DNA of 64,000 bases from an uncultured Chloroflexia bacterium (GCA_963737985.1 CAVTUU010000009.1:89640-153639), one strand, 5' to 3'. Numbered from the stretch's first letter, positions 1-10,112 are shown. Translations and numbers: made by a program. Notes: a model not told the origin generated them from the sequence alone.

Positions 1-293
1 CGACGTCGAGCTACAACGTGACGTCAATTGGCAGCTCCGCCGGGTCACCGTCACCAACGCCGACTGCTACTACGACGCCGACGGAGACGGCATCGCCCAT
101 ACCGACTGTGTCGGAGTCACCGACCGCCGCGCCGACGGAGGAACCGAGCGCCATCGCCACCGAGACTGCCACCCCGGAGGCGACGGCGACCGGGATTCCA
201 ACCGAAGCGCCGGCAGATACACCAACCGCCGAGCCGACTCAGGAACCGACGGAAACTCCGACAGTTGAGCCTACGGAGACGCCGACTCCGTAG
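1..293 (+). CDS. C-terminal fragment of a CDS cut by the window edge; Pro/Thr/Glu-rich low-complexity tail
   Basis: Frame is open from the window start to TAG 291-293. Translation reads ...TPTETASPIPT...EPTETPTVEPTETPTP, the same tail type as the C-terminus of the next gene. A canonical terminator follows. Confidence 0.5.
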   Translation, partial: TSSYNVTSIGSSAGSPSPTPTATTTPTETASPIPTVSESPTAAPTEEPSAIATETATPEATATGIPTEAPADTPTAEPTQEPTETPTVEPTETPTP

Positions 294-322
294 GGTCCGG
301 CGTCAAAAGGCAAAAGGTGAAA

Positions 323-355
323 GGGAGGCGGGATCGACGCCTCCCTTTTGTTTTT
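323..355 (+). terminator. Rho-independent terminator
   Basis: Stem GGGAGGCG (323-330) / CGCCTCCC (338-345) with a 7-nt loop, followed by TTTTGTTTTT (346-355). Confidence 0.8.
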
Positions 356-502
356 CGAACCACCTACGACTCGTCGCCGCAAACGACCTGTGGCAAACTG
401 TCACAATCGATCCAACTTCAGTTCAATTGCCGTGAGAGTCATGCGGATTCGCCTTCACCTCGCGAGCATGCGCCAAGCGAAGGTTCAACTAGGAAGCGAC
501 GA

Positions 503-2833
503 ATGACACGGTACCGGCCCAACCTTCGTCAGACGCTCGCTGTACTGCTTGTTCTTGGGATGGTCCCTGCAATCGCGTTGCAACGACCCGCCACGGCCCG
601 AGTACCCACGTCGTCCATCGCGCAAGAACCGATTCAAGCCGCTCAGGTCATCAAGGACAATTACATCGTCGTTCTGCGGAATGACGGGTTCAGCGCGGCC
701 GACGTGACGGCATCGTTCAAGGCGTCGAAGACCGTCAAGGTCAAACAGGAGTACACGAGCGCATTCAACGGATTCTCGGCGGAAATGACTGAGAAGGAAG
801 CCGAGAAGCTCAAGAACGATCCACGAGTCGCCTCGGTCGAGCCCGACCGCTTGATCTACATGCCGGAAGCGAGCGTTGGCGAGAGTATCGATCGCGTCAA
901 CGCCGAACTCAACCCATACGCCAAGATCAACGGCATCACCGATCCAAGCACGAACGTCGACATCGCAATTATCGACAGCGGAATTGCGCCGAACCCACTG
1001 TTGCGCATCGCTGGCGGATATGACTGCTCCGGGAGCGGCACGTATTACGACCAACGCGGACACGGCACCTTCGTATCCGGTCTTGCGGCCGCGAAAGATA
1101 ATTCCTCGGGCCATTCCGGCGTTGCGCCGGGCGCGCGCGTGTGGTCAATCAAGGTGATCAACAGTAATTGGGTTCCCGATAGCTACATCGTTTGCGGGGT
1201 CGATTGGGTCGCAGCGCACGCGAACACAATTGAAGTCGCGAACATGAGCCTGGCGTGGTACGACGCTGATCCAGAGTCGAACTGCGATAGCTCGGCCCTA
1301 CACCTCGCGATCTGCTCAGCGACGAATGCCGGCGTGACCATCACGGTCGCCGCGGGGAATGCAAGCTGGAACTCGTCCCAGATCGCGCCAGGAAAGTACG
1401 CGGAGGTCATCACCGTCTCGGCCATGGTTGACACCGACGGAGGGCCAGGTGGTCTCGGTCCCCCGTCAACCGACAGTCAGGGCAAAGACGACGCAATGGC
1501 GACCTTCAGCAATTTCGGCGCGAACATCGATATCGCGGCGCCAGGCGTCGATGTCGTTTCATTCGACGAAACCGGCGATTTCGGTCCGAGTAGCGGAACG
1601 AGTTTCTCCGCGCCACTCGTTGCCGGTGCAGCCGCAATGTATATCGTCGAACACGGTCGAGTAGGACCTGCCGCGGTGAAGGCTGGGCTACTTGCCATGC
1701 GCGAGCGCGTCCATCTCGACGGTGATCGCGACGGCATCGACGAAGGCGTCCTTAACGCGAGCGGTCATACCTATGCAGCATCGATGTCGCTCTCTCGCGA
1801 TTCGGCTCAGGTCGATCAAAACGTCAAAATTAGTCTGAATCGCTTTCCGCCAGGCGAGCGAGTCACCATCAAGCTCGATTCGGCCATCATTCAATCCGGC
1901 TCGATCACGAGCAGCGGTTCGTCCGACCTGGCGTTCAAGGTTCCCGCCGCGCCCAAGGGTGATCACGTGATCACCGTCATCTCGCACACATACGCGGTGC
2001 AACGCGCGTTGCACGTCTCCCCGCGCATCAGAATCCTTCCAATCTCGGGAATTCCTGGTTCGGGTTTTGAAGTGTCACTTCGGGGATTCTCGCCGCACCA
2101 ACAAGTTGCGATCAGGTGGCACAACGGTTCGTCGTGGCGGATGCTGGGTTCAATCGTTACCTCGAACAGCGGAAGCTCCAATGTGAAGTACTACGTGCCG
2201 ACGACCTATCGTGGTGGGCACAAGATCGAAGCAGATCCCGCGAGCGGTGGTTCCGTGACGACCACATTCGCAGTGAAGCCGCGCGTGCGGCTCAATCCAG
2301 CGTCCGGCAAATCCGGCTCCAACGCATCTCTCGAGCTCAAGGGATTTGTGGCGGGCGAGACGGTCAAGGTGTACCTGCTGAACGGCTCGACAAAGATGCT
2401 CCTGCGAACCAAAACGATTTCGGTGAACGGCAGCGCCACATCGACGGTGACGATCCCTTTGCGAGCCGCACTCGGCGGTCATCCAATCAGTGCTGAAGGC
2501 ACGCGTGGAAGTTTCGTGTCGAGTTCGTTCATTGTCAGCGCGTTGGGTTCGGCCGTGACGCCGTCGCCCACGAAGACCGCGAGTCCTACCCCGTCGCCAA
2601 CCCAGGCCGCCACCGAATCGGCGACGGCCGTTCCCCCAGAAACAGTGACGATTGCTCCAACGGACATTCCAACCGAAACCTCAACTCTCGAACCGAGTGA
2701 AACGGCGACGGAGACGGTGCCGGAGACCCCGACGGAAGCGCCAACGGAAACGGGAACACCGACATCTGAGCTCACCGTGACGCCGAGCGACATACCAATT
2801 TCGGAATCAACGGTAACCCCAACTGAGGGCTAG
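503..2833 (+). CDS. Secreted subtilisin-like serine protease (peptidase S8) with I9-type propeptide, three tandem beta-domain repeats and a PT-rich tail
   Basis: ATG 503 is preceded by AGGAAG (491-496). The longer ORF start at 317 would read through the terminator at 323-355. Signal-like LAVLLVLGMVPAIA. Catalytic motifs IAIIDSGI (Asp), HGTFVSG (His), SGTSFSAPLVAGAAA (Ser). Three ~80-aa repeats (FPPGERVTIKLD / FSPHQQVAIRW / FVAGETVKVYLL). Confidence 0.9.
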   Translation: MTRYRPNLRQTLAVLLVLGMVPAIALQRPATARVPTSSIAQEPIQAAQVIKDNYIVVLRNDGFSAADVTASFKASKTVKVKQEYTSAFNGFSAEMTEKEAEKLKNDPRVASVEPDRLIYMPEASVGESIDRVNAELNPYAKINGITDPSTNVDIAIIDSGIAPNPLLRIAGGYDCSGSGTYYDQRGHGTFVSGLAAAKDNSSGHSGVAPGARVWSIKVINSNWVPDSYIVCGVDWVAAHANTIEVANMSLAWYDADPESNCDSSALHLAICSATNAGVTITVAAGNASWNSSQIAPGKYAEVITVSAMVDTDGGPGGLGPPSTDSQGKDDAMATFSNFGANIDIAAPGVDVVSFDETGDFGPSSGTSFSAPLVAGAAAMYIVEHGRVGPAAVKAGLLAMRERVHLDGDRDGIDEGVLNASGHTYAASMSLSRDSAQVDQNVKISLNRFPPGERVTIKLDSAIIQSGSITSSGSSDLAFKVPAAPKGDHVITVISHTYAVQRALHVSPRIRILPISGIPGSGFEVSLRGFSPHQQVAIRWHNGSSWRMLGSIVTSNSGSSNVKYYVPTTYRGGHKIEADPASGGSVTTTFAVKPRVRLNPASGKSGSNASLELKGFVAGETVKVYLLNGSTKMLLRTKTISVNGSATSTVTIPLRAALGGHPISAEGTRGSFVSSSFIVSALGSAVTPSPTKTASPTPSPTQAATESATAVPPETVTIAPTDIPTETSTLEPSETATETVPETPTEAPTETGTPTSELTVTPSDIPISESTVTPTEG

Positions 2834-3245
2834 GATACGGGGCTCCGTTTACTTTTCCATTTGGGAATTGAACGCGCTGCCATTGCGGGCCGATGTGCGG
2901 TGATACGATGATGGCGAGCTTCGGGTTATTTCAGTTCAGACGAGGGAAGTTGCTATTCCATGGACGCCAGTGGCGCCGCAACCCCTTGCCCGACGACGGA
3001 CCCAGCGCAACCTGTCACGGTAATCCTCGTCCCGACAATGGAAGCTATGTCAGCAACCACACCGGCGCCGTAACGATTGACCCGCGACACGACCCACTAA
3101 TCCATCCTGTTGTAGCGGCGCCCAGCTGTGCGCCCAGGATCGTCGTCCACCTGGTTGCCATCGGAGACGGCCGCGTTCACCCTGCGGACGCATGCTTCCT
3201 TACGAAAAGACGGATTTGTAGCCTCGGAGAGGCTTTCTCTGGTCA

Positions 3246-3268
3246 GCCCTAGGTTTTCAACCTAGGGC
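3246..3268 (-). terminator. Hairpin immediately downstream of the coxM-like gene
   Basis: Perfect 10-bp stem GCCCTAGGTT / AACCTAGGGC with a 3-nt loop, a few nt past the stop at 3275. No clear U-tract. Confidence 0.45.
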
Positions 3269-3274
3269 TCTCAC

Positions 3275-4144
3275 CTACGCTCGCGCTTTTTCAGCCGCTG
3301 CTTGGATCGCCCGTCGGGTCAGTCCGATCGTCACCGAGCGGCGGTAATCGGCCGAGGCGTGGATGTCGTCGAGGAAGTCGATTCCATCGCCCGCGTGGGC
3401 AGCAGCAGCGTGAATCGATGCTTCGTCGAGCGATGTTCCAATGAGCGCTTGTTCGACACTGCCGGCGCGAACCGCAACATCGCCTGCGCCGGTGATACCG
3501 ATCTTGGCTTGGCTGCACTTCCCGTCGTCACCAAGGGTCAGGATTGCGGCAATTCCGGTCAGGGCATAGCCAGACGCCTGATTGGCGAGTTTTTGGTAGT
3601 TCGAACCAGTTTTAGCTGGCTGTGAAGGAATACGGATCTCGGTGAGGATCTCGTCGGGAGTCAGGGCCGTCGTCAAGAAGCCGACGAAAAAGTCTGCAGC
3701 GGGAATCGTGCGCTCACCGTTTGGACCTTGGGCAACCATTTCCGCTTCAAGCGCCAGAATCGCCGCTGGGTAGTCGGCGGCCGCATCGGCATGAGCCAGT
3801 GCGCCGCCAATTGTTCCACGATTTCTCACCTGGACGTCACCAATGACACTCGCGGTCTCCGCCAATACCGGGCATTGAACGCGAATGGTTGGATCCGTTG
3901 CGATTTGCCTGTGCGTAGTCATCGCACCGATCCGTATCCCCGGTCCGTTTGCGCTTATGCCTTGCAGTGTTTGGATTCGGCCAAGATCGATGAGGTGAGC
4001 GGGCTGGGCGAGGCGAAGCTTCATGATCGGCAAGAGACTATGCCCGCCCGCGATCAACTTGGACTGGTCGCCGAACTCTTGCAGGAGCCCAATGGCTCCT
4101 GCAACGCTTTCTGCCTTGTGGTATTCGAAGGGCGCTGGAAACAC
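3275..4144 (-). CDS. coxM: Molybdenum hydroxylase (CO dehydrogenase / xanthine dehydrogenase family) FAD-binding medium subunit
   Basis: 289 aa. N-terminus MFPAPFEYHKAESVAGAIGLL...KLIAGGHSLLPIMKLRL is typical of CoxM/CutM FAD-binding subunits. Confidence 0.9.
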   Translation of the reverse strand: MFPAPFEYHKAESVAGAIGLLQEFGDQSKLIAGGHSLLPIMKLRLAQPAHLIDLGRIQTLQGISANGPGIRIGAMTTHRQIATDPTIRVQCPVLAETASVIGDVQVRNRGTIGGALAHADAAADYPAAILALEAEMVAQGPNGERTIPAADFFVGFLTTALTPDEILTEIRIPSQPAKTGSNYQKLANQASGYALTGIAAILTLGDDGKCSQAKIGITGAGDVAVRAGSVEQALIGTSLDEASIHAAAAHAGDGIDFLDDIHASADYRRSVTIGLTRRAIQAAAEKARA

Positions 4145-4182
4145 CGTTGGTTCTCCTGTGGCTGGGCGTCAAGCCCTCACGA

Positions 4183-4683
4183 CTATCGAGATTCAAATGG
4201 CTCCGGTTGCGCTCCGGCCGCGATCTTCGCCGCCGCGGATTGCACTGACTTCACGATGTTGTGGTAGCCCGTGCAGCGGCAGATATTTCCTTCAAGCGCG
4301 TGGCGAATTGCAGGTTCGTCTGGATTGCTGTTGTCGCTTAATAGCGCCACAGTCGACAAGACTACGCCTGGAGTGCAATACCCACATTGCAGACCATGTT
4401 CTTCCCAGAATGCTTGTTGCACTGGATGGAGCGTTCCACGCGGAGCAAGACCTTCGATCGTCGTCACGGAAGTGCCGTCAGCTTGCGCTGTCAGGATCGT
4501 GCAGCTTTTCGCTGCCAGTCCGTCGACAAGAACGGTACAGGCGCCGCATTGACTCGTTTCGCAACCGACATGGGTGCCGGTGAGACCGAGCGTATCGCGC
4601 AAAAACTGGACGAGTAACTGACGCGGTTCAACCTCGGCACTTCGCTCGGCGCCGTTAACTGTCACTTTGACAGAGACGTTCAA
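4183..4683 (-). CDS. coxS: Molybdenum hydroxylase (2Fe-2S)-binding small subunit
   Basis: Both [2Fe-2S] cysteine clusters are present ([12 protein letters not shown]; CGYCTPG...CRCTGY). Likely TTG start at 4683 after GAGGGAGA; the raw ORF extends to 4728. Confidence 0.9.
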   Translation of the reverse strand: MNVSVKVTVNGAERSAEVEPRQLLVQFLRDTLGLTGTHVGCETSQCGACTVLVDGLAAKSCTILTAQADGTSVTTIEGLAPRGTLHPVQQAFWEEHGLQCGYCTPGVVLSTVALLSDNSNPDEPAIRHALEGNICRCTGYHNIVKSVQSAAAKIAAGAQPEPFESR

Positions 4684-4778
4684 GACTTCGTTCTCCCTCG
4701 TTGAGCGATTCCAATGTGAACGAGCCACGCAACTGCGACCCGAATCACAAGTGCAAGGATCTGGCGGTTGCGTTCAGG

Positions 4779-5219
4779 CTAGGCGTTCCCCGCTCGACTA
4801 TCGAGACAACTGAAGAACTGCCCGACGATCATTTTCGCCGCGGGCTGCATGACGCGCGCTCCAACCCGAGCGAGCGTACCCCTGACATTGGCATCGCCTT
4901 TGTACTTAACGAGCGTTTTGCCGTCCTGTTCAACCAACTCGAGCGTGCCGACACCTGAAACTTGTCCTTGCGGGCCGCTTCCCTCGATCGCCATGGTGTA
5001 ACGCTCGGGCTCCTGTTTATCGGTGATCTTGACACTGCCATTGAATGTGCCACGAATCATCGCGACTCCGATTTTCATTGTCGCGTTGAACTCGTCTTCT
5101 CCGGTTTGTTCGAGTTTTTCACAACCTGGCAGACATTGACGGAGCGTTTCCGGGTCGAGCAGAAAGCGCCAGACCGTTTCGCGCGGTGCGGAGAACGTGT
5201 GCTCCCCAACTAACTCCAT
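4779..5219 (-). CDS. coxG: CoxG-like SRPBCC family protein
   Basis: 146 aa. MELVGEHTFSAPRETVWRFLLDPETLRQCLPGCEKLE matches the CoxG/SRPBCC pattern. GGAGG RBS upstream. Confidence 0.85.
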   Translation of the reverse strand: MELVGEHTFSAPRETVWRFLLDPETLRQCLPGCEKLEQTGEDEFNATMKIGVAMIRGTFNGSVKITDKQEPERYTMAIEGSGPQGQVSGVGTLELVEQDGKTLVKYKGDANVRGTLARVGARVMQPAAKMIVGQFFSCLDSRAGNA

Positions 5220-5301
5220 GTAGACCTCCCTACCGGAGGCGGCAATAAACCGCCGTCCAGACTCAAGATGGACGGCAGTGTATCAAGAATTGAACCGCCG
5301 A

Positions 5302-5784
5302 TTATTTGGTTGCTCTGCGCCAGGTTTCTATGATTCGGTTGTCATGCGCAAATGCGAGGGGCGGAAGATCGTCAGGTGAGAACCACGCGACCTCTGTCAA
5401 ATCGTCCGCCGCGACCGCCTCGCCCGCGGCCGCTGACGCGATATAGACCGCGAGAACAACTGTCTCGCCGGGTGAAGAATAGAGACCGAGGAGATCGCCA
5501 ATCTCGACATCGAGACCGATTTCTTCTTTCGCTTCCCTTCGGGCTGCCTCCTCGACTTGTTCGCCACGCTCGACGAACCCGGCGGGGAAACTCCACTTGC
5601 CGGGCTCTCGCGTCGAAGCACCTCGTTTTCCGAAGAGCAGCTTGCCGTCGCGTTCGATGACGACCGCGACAGCAAGCTTCGGATCGAGATAGGTGACCGT
5701 TCCGCAAACGATGCAAACCGGACGTATCGTTCCTTCGACCGGTTTCATCGCGGTTTCGTTGCCGCATTGCTGGCAATAGATCAC
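5302..5784 (-). CDS. NUDIX hydrolase with N-terminal zinc ribbon
   Basis: Complete Nudix box GFVERGEQVEEAARREAKEEIGL. N-terminal CQQCG...CIVCG. Confidence 0.9.
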   Translation of the reverse strand: MIYCQQCGNETAMKPVEGTIRPVCIVCGTVTYLDPKLAVAVVIERDGKLLFGKRGASTREPGKWSFPAGFVERGEQVEEAARREAKEEIGLDVEIGDLLGLYSSPGETVVLAVYIASAAAGEAVAADDLTEVAWFSPDDLPPLAFAHDNRIIETWRRATK

Positions 5785-5795
5785 AGGCGTTTTGC

Positions 5796-7316
5796 CTATC
5801 GCCGCCGTGCGTTATCAACGAATTTGACGACATCGGACTTGAGTTTGGTCAATGCTTTTGATTCGAGATAGACCATGTGACCAACCTCGTACTCTTCGAC
5901 CTGAATGTTCGCCCGTTGCGACGGATCGAGGTTCATGTGGCTCAGGGTGTACTCGGTCGCGAAGTACGGCGTCGCGAGATCGTAGTATCCAGATGCGACC
6001 AAAAGCTTGAGATATGGATTCTTGGCGAACGCGCTTCTCAGCGATTCGCTCGTATCGGGTTGCCCATCGCTGGCCTTGCCCCAATCCCATTCGATACCGC
6101 GAAGGATGTGGTACTCGGCGTCGTTTTCGTAGTTGAGCTCACGGCGGACGTAATCGTTGAACATCGCCGTAAACGGCGGTCGAATCGCGGCCATGCTCGG
6201 ATCGAAGTCGGGCGTTTCCGAGATATTCCGCTCGTCAATGCCTGTGTAGCGGCTATCTAAGCGGCCCACTGTTCGCCGTTCGGAGCGAAGCAGCTCCTTG
6301 CAGAAGCGGTGGATCTCCACGCGCAAATTGCTGTCTTCTATGTATTGTTCACTGAGACCGATATATCGCGACAATTTGGTGACTGATGCCGCCCGATCCT
6401 TATCGGTGAGCGTGTCGCCTTTCGCCAGCAACGCGTTGTACTCATTGATTGTCCAAGCTTCGACCTCATCCAGGAACTTGTTGAGATTCAGCTTCTGCAG
6501 TTCCTTGGGCAGCCGTTTGTGGTACCAGGCCGTGGCGGCATACGTGGGCGCATAGAGGAGATAGGGCAAATCATTGCCTGGACCAAAGCGCGCAGTCTGC
6601 AAATTGAGAATGCTTGAGACGAGCACAATGCCATTGAAGGCAATTCCGCGCTCGATGAGATGCCCGGAGAGCCCGGCCGCGCGGAATGTGCCGTAGCTCT
6701 CCCCAACCAAATACAGCGCCGAAGACCAGCGTTTGTAGCGAGTCAGATAGAGGCGGATGAACTCGCCGATCGACTCGATATCCTTCTGCACCTCCCGAAA
6801 TTTCTTCGCCAGGTCATCGGACTTCGCTCGGCTGTAGCCGGTGTCGACCGGGTCGATGAAGACGAGATCAGTGGCATCGAGCCACGTGTCATCGTTGTCG
6901 ACCAGCTCAAATGGTGGCGCCGGCATCCACCCTTCGGCCTCCATGACCACACGACGCGGACCCAGCGCTCCTAAATGAAGCCAAACCGACGACGAACCAG
7001 GACCGCCGTTGAACGAGAACATCAATGGCCGTTTCGGGTCACCTTCCGGCGAGTTCAACGTGTACGCCATGAAAAAGAGTTCCGCTTCTGTCTCGCCCTT
7101 TTCGTTCTTGATCGGCATCGTTCCTGTGGTGACGAAATACTTCAGTGTCTTTCCACGGACCTTGACTTCATGCTCGGTGACAACGGGCGGCTTCTCCGGT
7201 TCTTCCACTTTCTTTGGTTCTTCAGGGGTTGCATTGGATGCGGGAGTCGCAGTGGCCGTTGCGTCCGCCGCGAACTGCCGGCCGTCCAATGTCAAGAATC
7301 GATCAAATGCGGTCAT
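5796..7316 (-). CDS. Peptidase S10 (serine carboxypeptidase) family protein
   Basis: FNGGPGSSSVWLHLG and nucleophile motif GESYGTF. Start ATG 7316 is preferred (AAGGGTG upstream); the ORF is open to 7358. Confidence 0.85.
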   Translation of the reverse strand: MTAFDRFLTLDGRQFAADATATATPASNATPEEPKKVEEPEKPPVVTEHEVKVRGKTLKYFVTTGTMPIKNEKGETEAELFFMAYTLNSPEGDPKRPLMFSFNGGPGSSSVWLHLGALGPRRVVMEAEGWMPAPPFELVDNDDTWLDATDLVFIDPVDTGYSRAKSDDLAKKFREVQKDIESIGEFIRLYLTRYKRWSSALYLVGESYGTFRAAGLSGHLIERGIAFNGIVLVSSILNLQTARFGPGNDLPYLLYAPTYAATAWYHKRLPKELQKLNLNKFLDEVEAWTINEYNALLAKGDTLTDKDRAASVTKLSRYIGLSEQYIEDSNLRVEIHRFCKELLRSERRTVGRLDSRYTGIDERNISETPDFDPSMAAIRPPFTAMFNDYVRRELNYENDAEYHILRGIEWDWGKASDGQPDTSESLRSAFAKNPYLKLLVASGYYDLATPYFATEYTLSHMNLDPSQRANIQVEEYEVGHMVYLESKALTKLKSDVVKFVDNARRR

Positions 7317-7465
7317 GTTCACCCTTACGCGAGGCGCTCCCGCGCCGTCGATCAGCAACCGGGTGATTCACCGTGGTTTCGCCGATCTTGTCAAGCCGTA
7401 GATTCAAATGTGACCTAGTCTGCGAGACAATTGGCGCAGAACTTGGCACAACGTTGGAGGCAGCG

Positions 7466-8586
7466 ATGTGGGAAGTTGACGAACCGGCTCTGGAACGCCT
7501 CGCGATCGGAGCCGGAATTCTCGGCACTGGGGGCGGTGGGAATCCTTACCTCGGAAAACTCCACGCGCTCCAACTTCTGCGCGCCGGGCAACGCGTCGTG
7601 GTCGCGAGCGTCGACGAAGTGCCAGAAGACGCGCTCGTGACGTCGGTCGGCGGGATGGGCGCCCCGTGATCAGCATCGAGCGGCTCAAGCGAGGAGACGA
7701 GGCGCTCAATGCAATGCGCGCGCTCGAACGGCACATCGGCCGGTCGTTCACGCACGTCATTCCGGGTGAGATCGGTGGCGCGAATGCAATCAATCCGATG
7801 ATCGTCGCTGCCCAAAGCGGACTTTCTATCGTCGACGGTGACGGCATGGGCCGGGCGTTTCCTGAGCTGCAAATGGATACCTTCAGCATGGAAGGTATTC
7901 CCGCGGCGCCCGCCGCCATATGCGATGTCCGAGGTCACGTTGCGATTTTTGACGGTTTCTCTGATCCCGTTGTGCTCGAACGCTATGCCCGCGCGGTGAC
8001 GATTGAATTGGGCGGCTCCGCAGGTTACGCCTTTCCCGTCATGAGTGGCGCCGACGTCAAGCGCACTGCAATACCGAATACGATTTCACTTGCCGTGGCA
8101 GTCGGTGATGCCGTGCTCAGCGCCCGCCAATGTCACGAAGATCCAATCGCGGCGGTACTTGATGTCACGGGAGGTCGGCGACTTTTCGCAGGCAAGGTCG
8201 TCGACATTGAGCGCCGGTTGTCAGGCGGTTTTGCGCGCGGCGTGGTCAGCATCGATGGAATTGGCGGCGACCAAGGACGGCAACTGACGATCGACCTGCA
8301 AAACGAATACCTCATCGCTCGCGCCGGTGATGGCGAGGTGCTCGCCGTCGTTCCCGATCTCATCTGTCTTGTCGATGCCGACACCGCCGATCCGATCACC
8401 ACGGAAGTGATTCGTTACGGACTTCGGGTCGTCGTCCTCGGTATACCCGCCCCAGAACAATTGAAGTCACCTGCGGCTCTAGTCGTGGTAGGTCCGGCCG
8501 CCTTCGGTTATGACGTCGAGTTCGTGCCGCTAACCGGCAAATATGGAGAGAAGCACGCTCCAGTGTCTCAATTTCTTGACCGGTAA
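7466..8586 (+). CDS. DUF917 family protein, interrupted by an apparent -1 frameshift at a C-run near 7662-7666
   Basis: ATG 7466 follows GGAGG. N-terminal part ...GILGTGGGGNPYLG...SVGGMGAP stops at 7667-7669. It continues in another frame as VISIERL...PGEIGGANAINP...GDGMGRAFPELQM. Joined, the two parts read as one DUF917 protein. Confidence 0.8.
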
Positions 8587-9128
8587 TGGAGAAAGACCGT
8601 GCCATTGCCGAAGCGGCGTTCGTTGAGCAATTCCAGATCGAAATGTACGTTGCGGGGCAGCGACGAATTGCCTCCGCCAATCACGATTGGTGAAAGGAAG
8701 AACTGAAACTCGTCGACAAGGCCGGCCCTGATCGCTTGGGCGGCCAGATCAGGACCACCAACCGAGATGTCTCGGTCGGCTTGTGTTTTCAGTTGCCGGA
8801 TGGCATCAGGATCGAACGTGCGTTCGATCCGCGTTTTTGCGCTTGAAACAGATTTAAGCGAGGAGGAATACACGATCTTGTCGGCGGCGCGCCAGATCTC
8901 CGCGAAATCTCGGGCAATTTCCGATTGGCTGGGATCAGTGTCCATTGTTTCCCACCAAACCATGACGTCGTACATGCGCCGTCCGAAGAGGTAGGTCCCG
9001 ACCGGGCGCTCGAGATCGTTGATGAAGGCGTGCACTTCGTCGTCGGGGGCCGCCCAATCGAAGTTCCCATGTTCGTCCGCAATGTAGCCGTCGAGCGAGC
9101 AAATCGACGAATAGATCAACTTAGCCAT
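8568..9128 (-). CDS. Dihydrofolate reductase family protein (RibD C-terminal domain type)
   Basis: MAKLIYSSICSLDGYIADEHGNFDWAAPDDEVHAFINDL...TYLFGRRMY is typical of the YyaP/RibD_C family. Confidence 0.85.
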   Translation of the reverse strand: MAKLIYSSICSLDGYIADEHGNFDWAAPDDEVHAFINDLERPVGTYLFGRRMYDVMVWWETMDTDPSQSEIARDFAEIWRAADKIVYSSSLKSVSSAKTRIERTFDPDAIRQLKTQADRDISVGGPDLAAQAIRAGLVDEFQFFLSPIVIGGGNSSLPRNVHFDLELLNERRFGNGTVFLHYRSRN

Positions 9129-9173
9129 ACTGATCCTCCTCATTGCGCGGCGAGCTGGCGCTGTCGCGAGAAA

Positions 9174-10094
9174 TCAAATCTTCATCCCAGGTATGTCCGT
9201 GTTCGATATCGACTCCCGGCAGTGGTCGAGGAAGGCGGCAACGGCCTGGGGTTGACGGGCTCCGGAGAGTGTGGCCACGCCGAGGATCATGGGCCGGTGT
9301 TCACCCGAAAGCGGAACAACCGCGAGCGGGAGGCCGTCGAGAGCGCGATCGAGGGCGGGACGGACGTTGAGTAGCGAATAGCCAAATCCGTTCGCGACGA
9401 GCGTGCGAATGGTTTCGATGTGCGGCGATCGCATCGCGATATTTGGTTGCAGATTCTTTGCGATGAAAAGCGCGCGAAAGTAATCGCGACTGATTGGCAA
9501 ATCGACGAGGATGAATGGTTCCGGCGCAAGCTCGACGAGATCAATGTATTCGCGCTGCGCCATCGCGTGGTCTGCCGGCAGGAGCACGATCGGCGGAAGT
9601 TCCGCGAGCGGAACGAACGAGACGTCGCTGGGAATATCGAGATCATACGTGAGAGCGAGGTTGAGCTCGCCTTGGCGGAGGAGCGCGAAGAGTTCGTCCT
9701 GACCCCCCTCGCGCAAATCGATGTGAACCTTCGGATGCCGCTGCACAAACTGCCGGCAAAGTTGCGGGGTGACGATTGGCGCGAAGGTGACCAGGCAACC
9801 GAGCGCAATCCTGCCCGCAATGTCGTCAGAAAATTCATAGGCGAGTTGGTCGACATCCGCGGCCTGCTGTAAAAGTCCGCGGGCGTGGATGAGAAACTGG
9901 CGTCCGGCCGGAGTCGGCGCCACACCGTGGGCGTGATGCCGGATGAGAAGTTGGACGCCGAGCGATCGTTCGAGTTCGGCAAGGGCCGCCGACACCGCTG
10001 ATTGCGAGAGATTTTCGCGTTGCGCCGCGAGCGTGACTGTTCCCGCATCACAGGTCGCGACAAACAGTTGTAGCTGGCGGAGGGTGAATCGCAT
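9174..10094 (-). CDS. LysR family transcriptional regulator
   Basis: N-terminal HTH MRFTLRQLQLFVATCDAGTVTLAAQRENLSQSAVSAALAELERSLGVQLL plus a LysR substrate-binding domain. Confidence 0.9.
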   Translation of the reverse strand: MRFTLRQLQLFVATCDAGTVTLAAQRENLSQSAVSAALAELERSLGVQLLIRHHAHGVAPTPAGRQFLIHARGLLQQAADVDQLAYEFSDDIAGRIALGCLVTFAPIVTPQLCRQFVQRHPKVHIDLREGGQDELFALLRQGELNLALTYDLDIPSDVSFVPLAELPPIVLLPADHAMAQREYIDLVELAPEPFILVDLPISRDYFRALFIAKNLQPNIAMRSPHIETIRTLVANGFGYSLLNVRPALDRALDGLPLAVVPLSGEHRPMILGVATLSGARQPQAVAAFLDHCRESISNTDIPGMKI

Positions 10095-10112
10095 CAAGGA
10101 CCGAATAAGTCC

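Noticed and set aside
28-435. 135-aa Arg/Pro-rich ORF overlapping the PT-rich tail
   Set aside because: It is an alternative frame of a low-complexity PT-coding repeat (poly-RRRR translation) and it runs through a canonical terminator.
317-502. N-terminal 62-codon extension of the S8 protease ORF
   Set aside because: The extension begins inside the terminator hairpin and T-tract of the upstream gene. ATG 503 has an RBS and is followed by a signal-peptide-like segment.
2540-2833. Periodic DNA repeats in PT-rich regions as a CRISPR or tandem-repeat array
   Set aside because: The periodicity is codon-level (ACN-CCN-GAN) inside an open reading frame, without constant-length direct repeats and unique spacers. 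It is not a CRISPR array.
2953-3189. Possible remnant of a left-handed beta-helix (hexapeptide) acetyltransferase on the minus strand (...VSDGNQVDDDPG... / ...YGAGVVADIASIVGTRITVTGCAGSVVGQGVAAPLAS...)
   Set aside because: It has only about 75 codons, an in-frame TAG at 3097-3099, and no start codon or N-terminal domain. The similarity was judged by eye only and is too weak to call as a pseudogene. A BLASTX would settle it.
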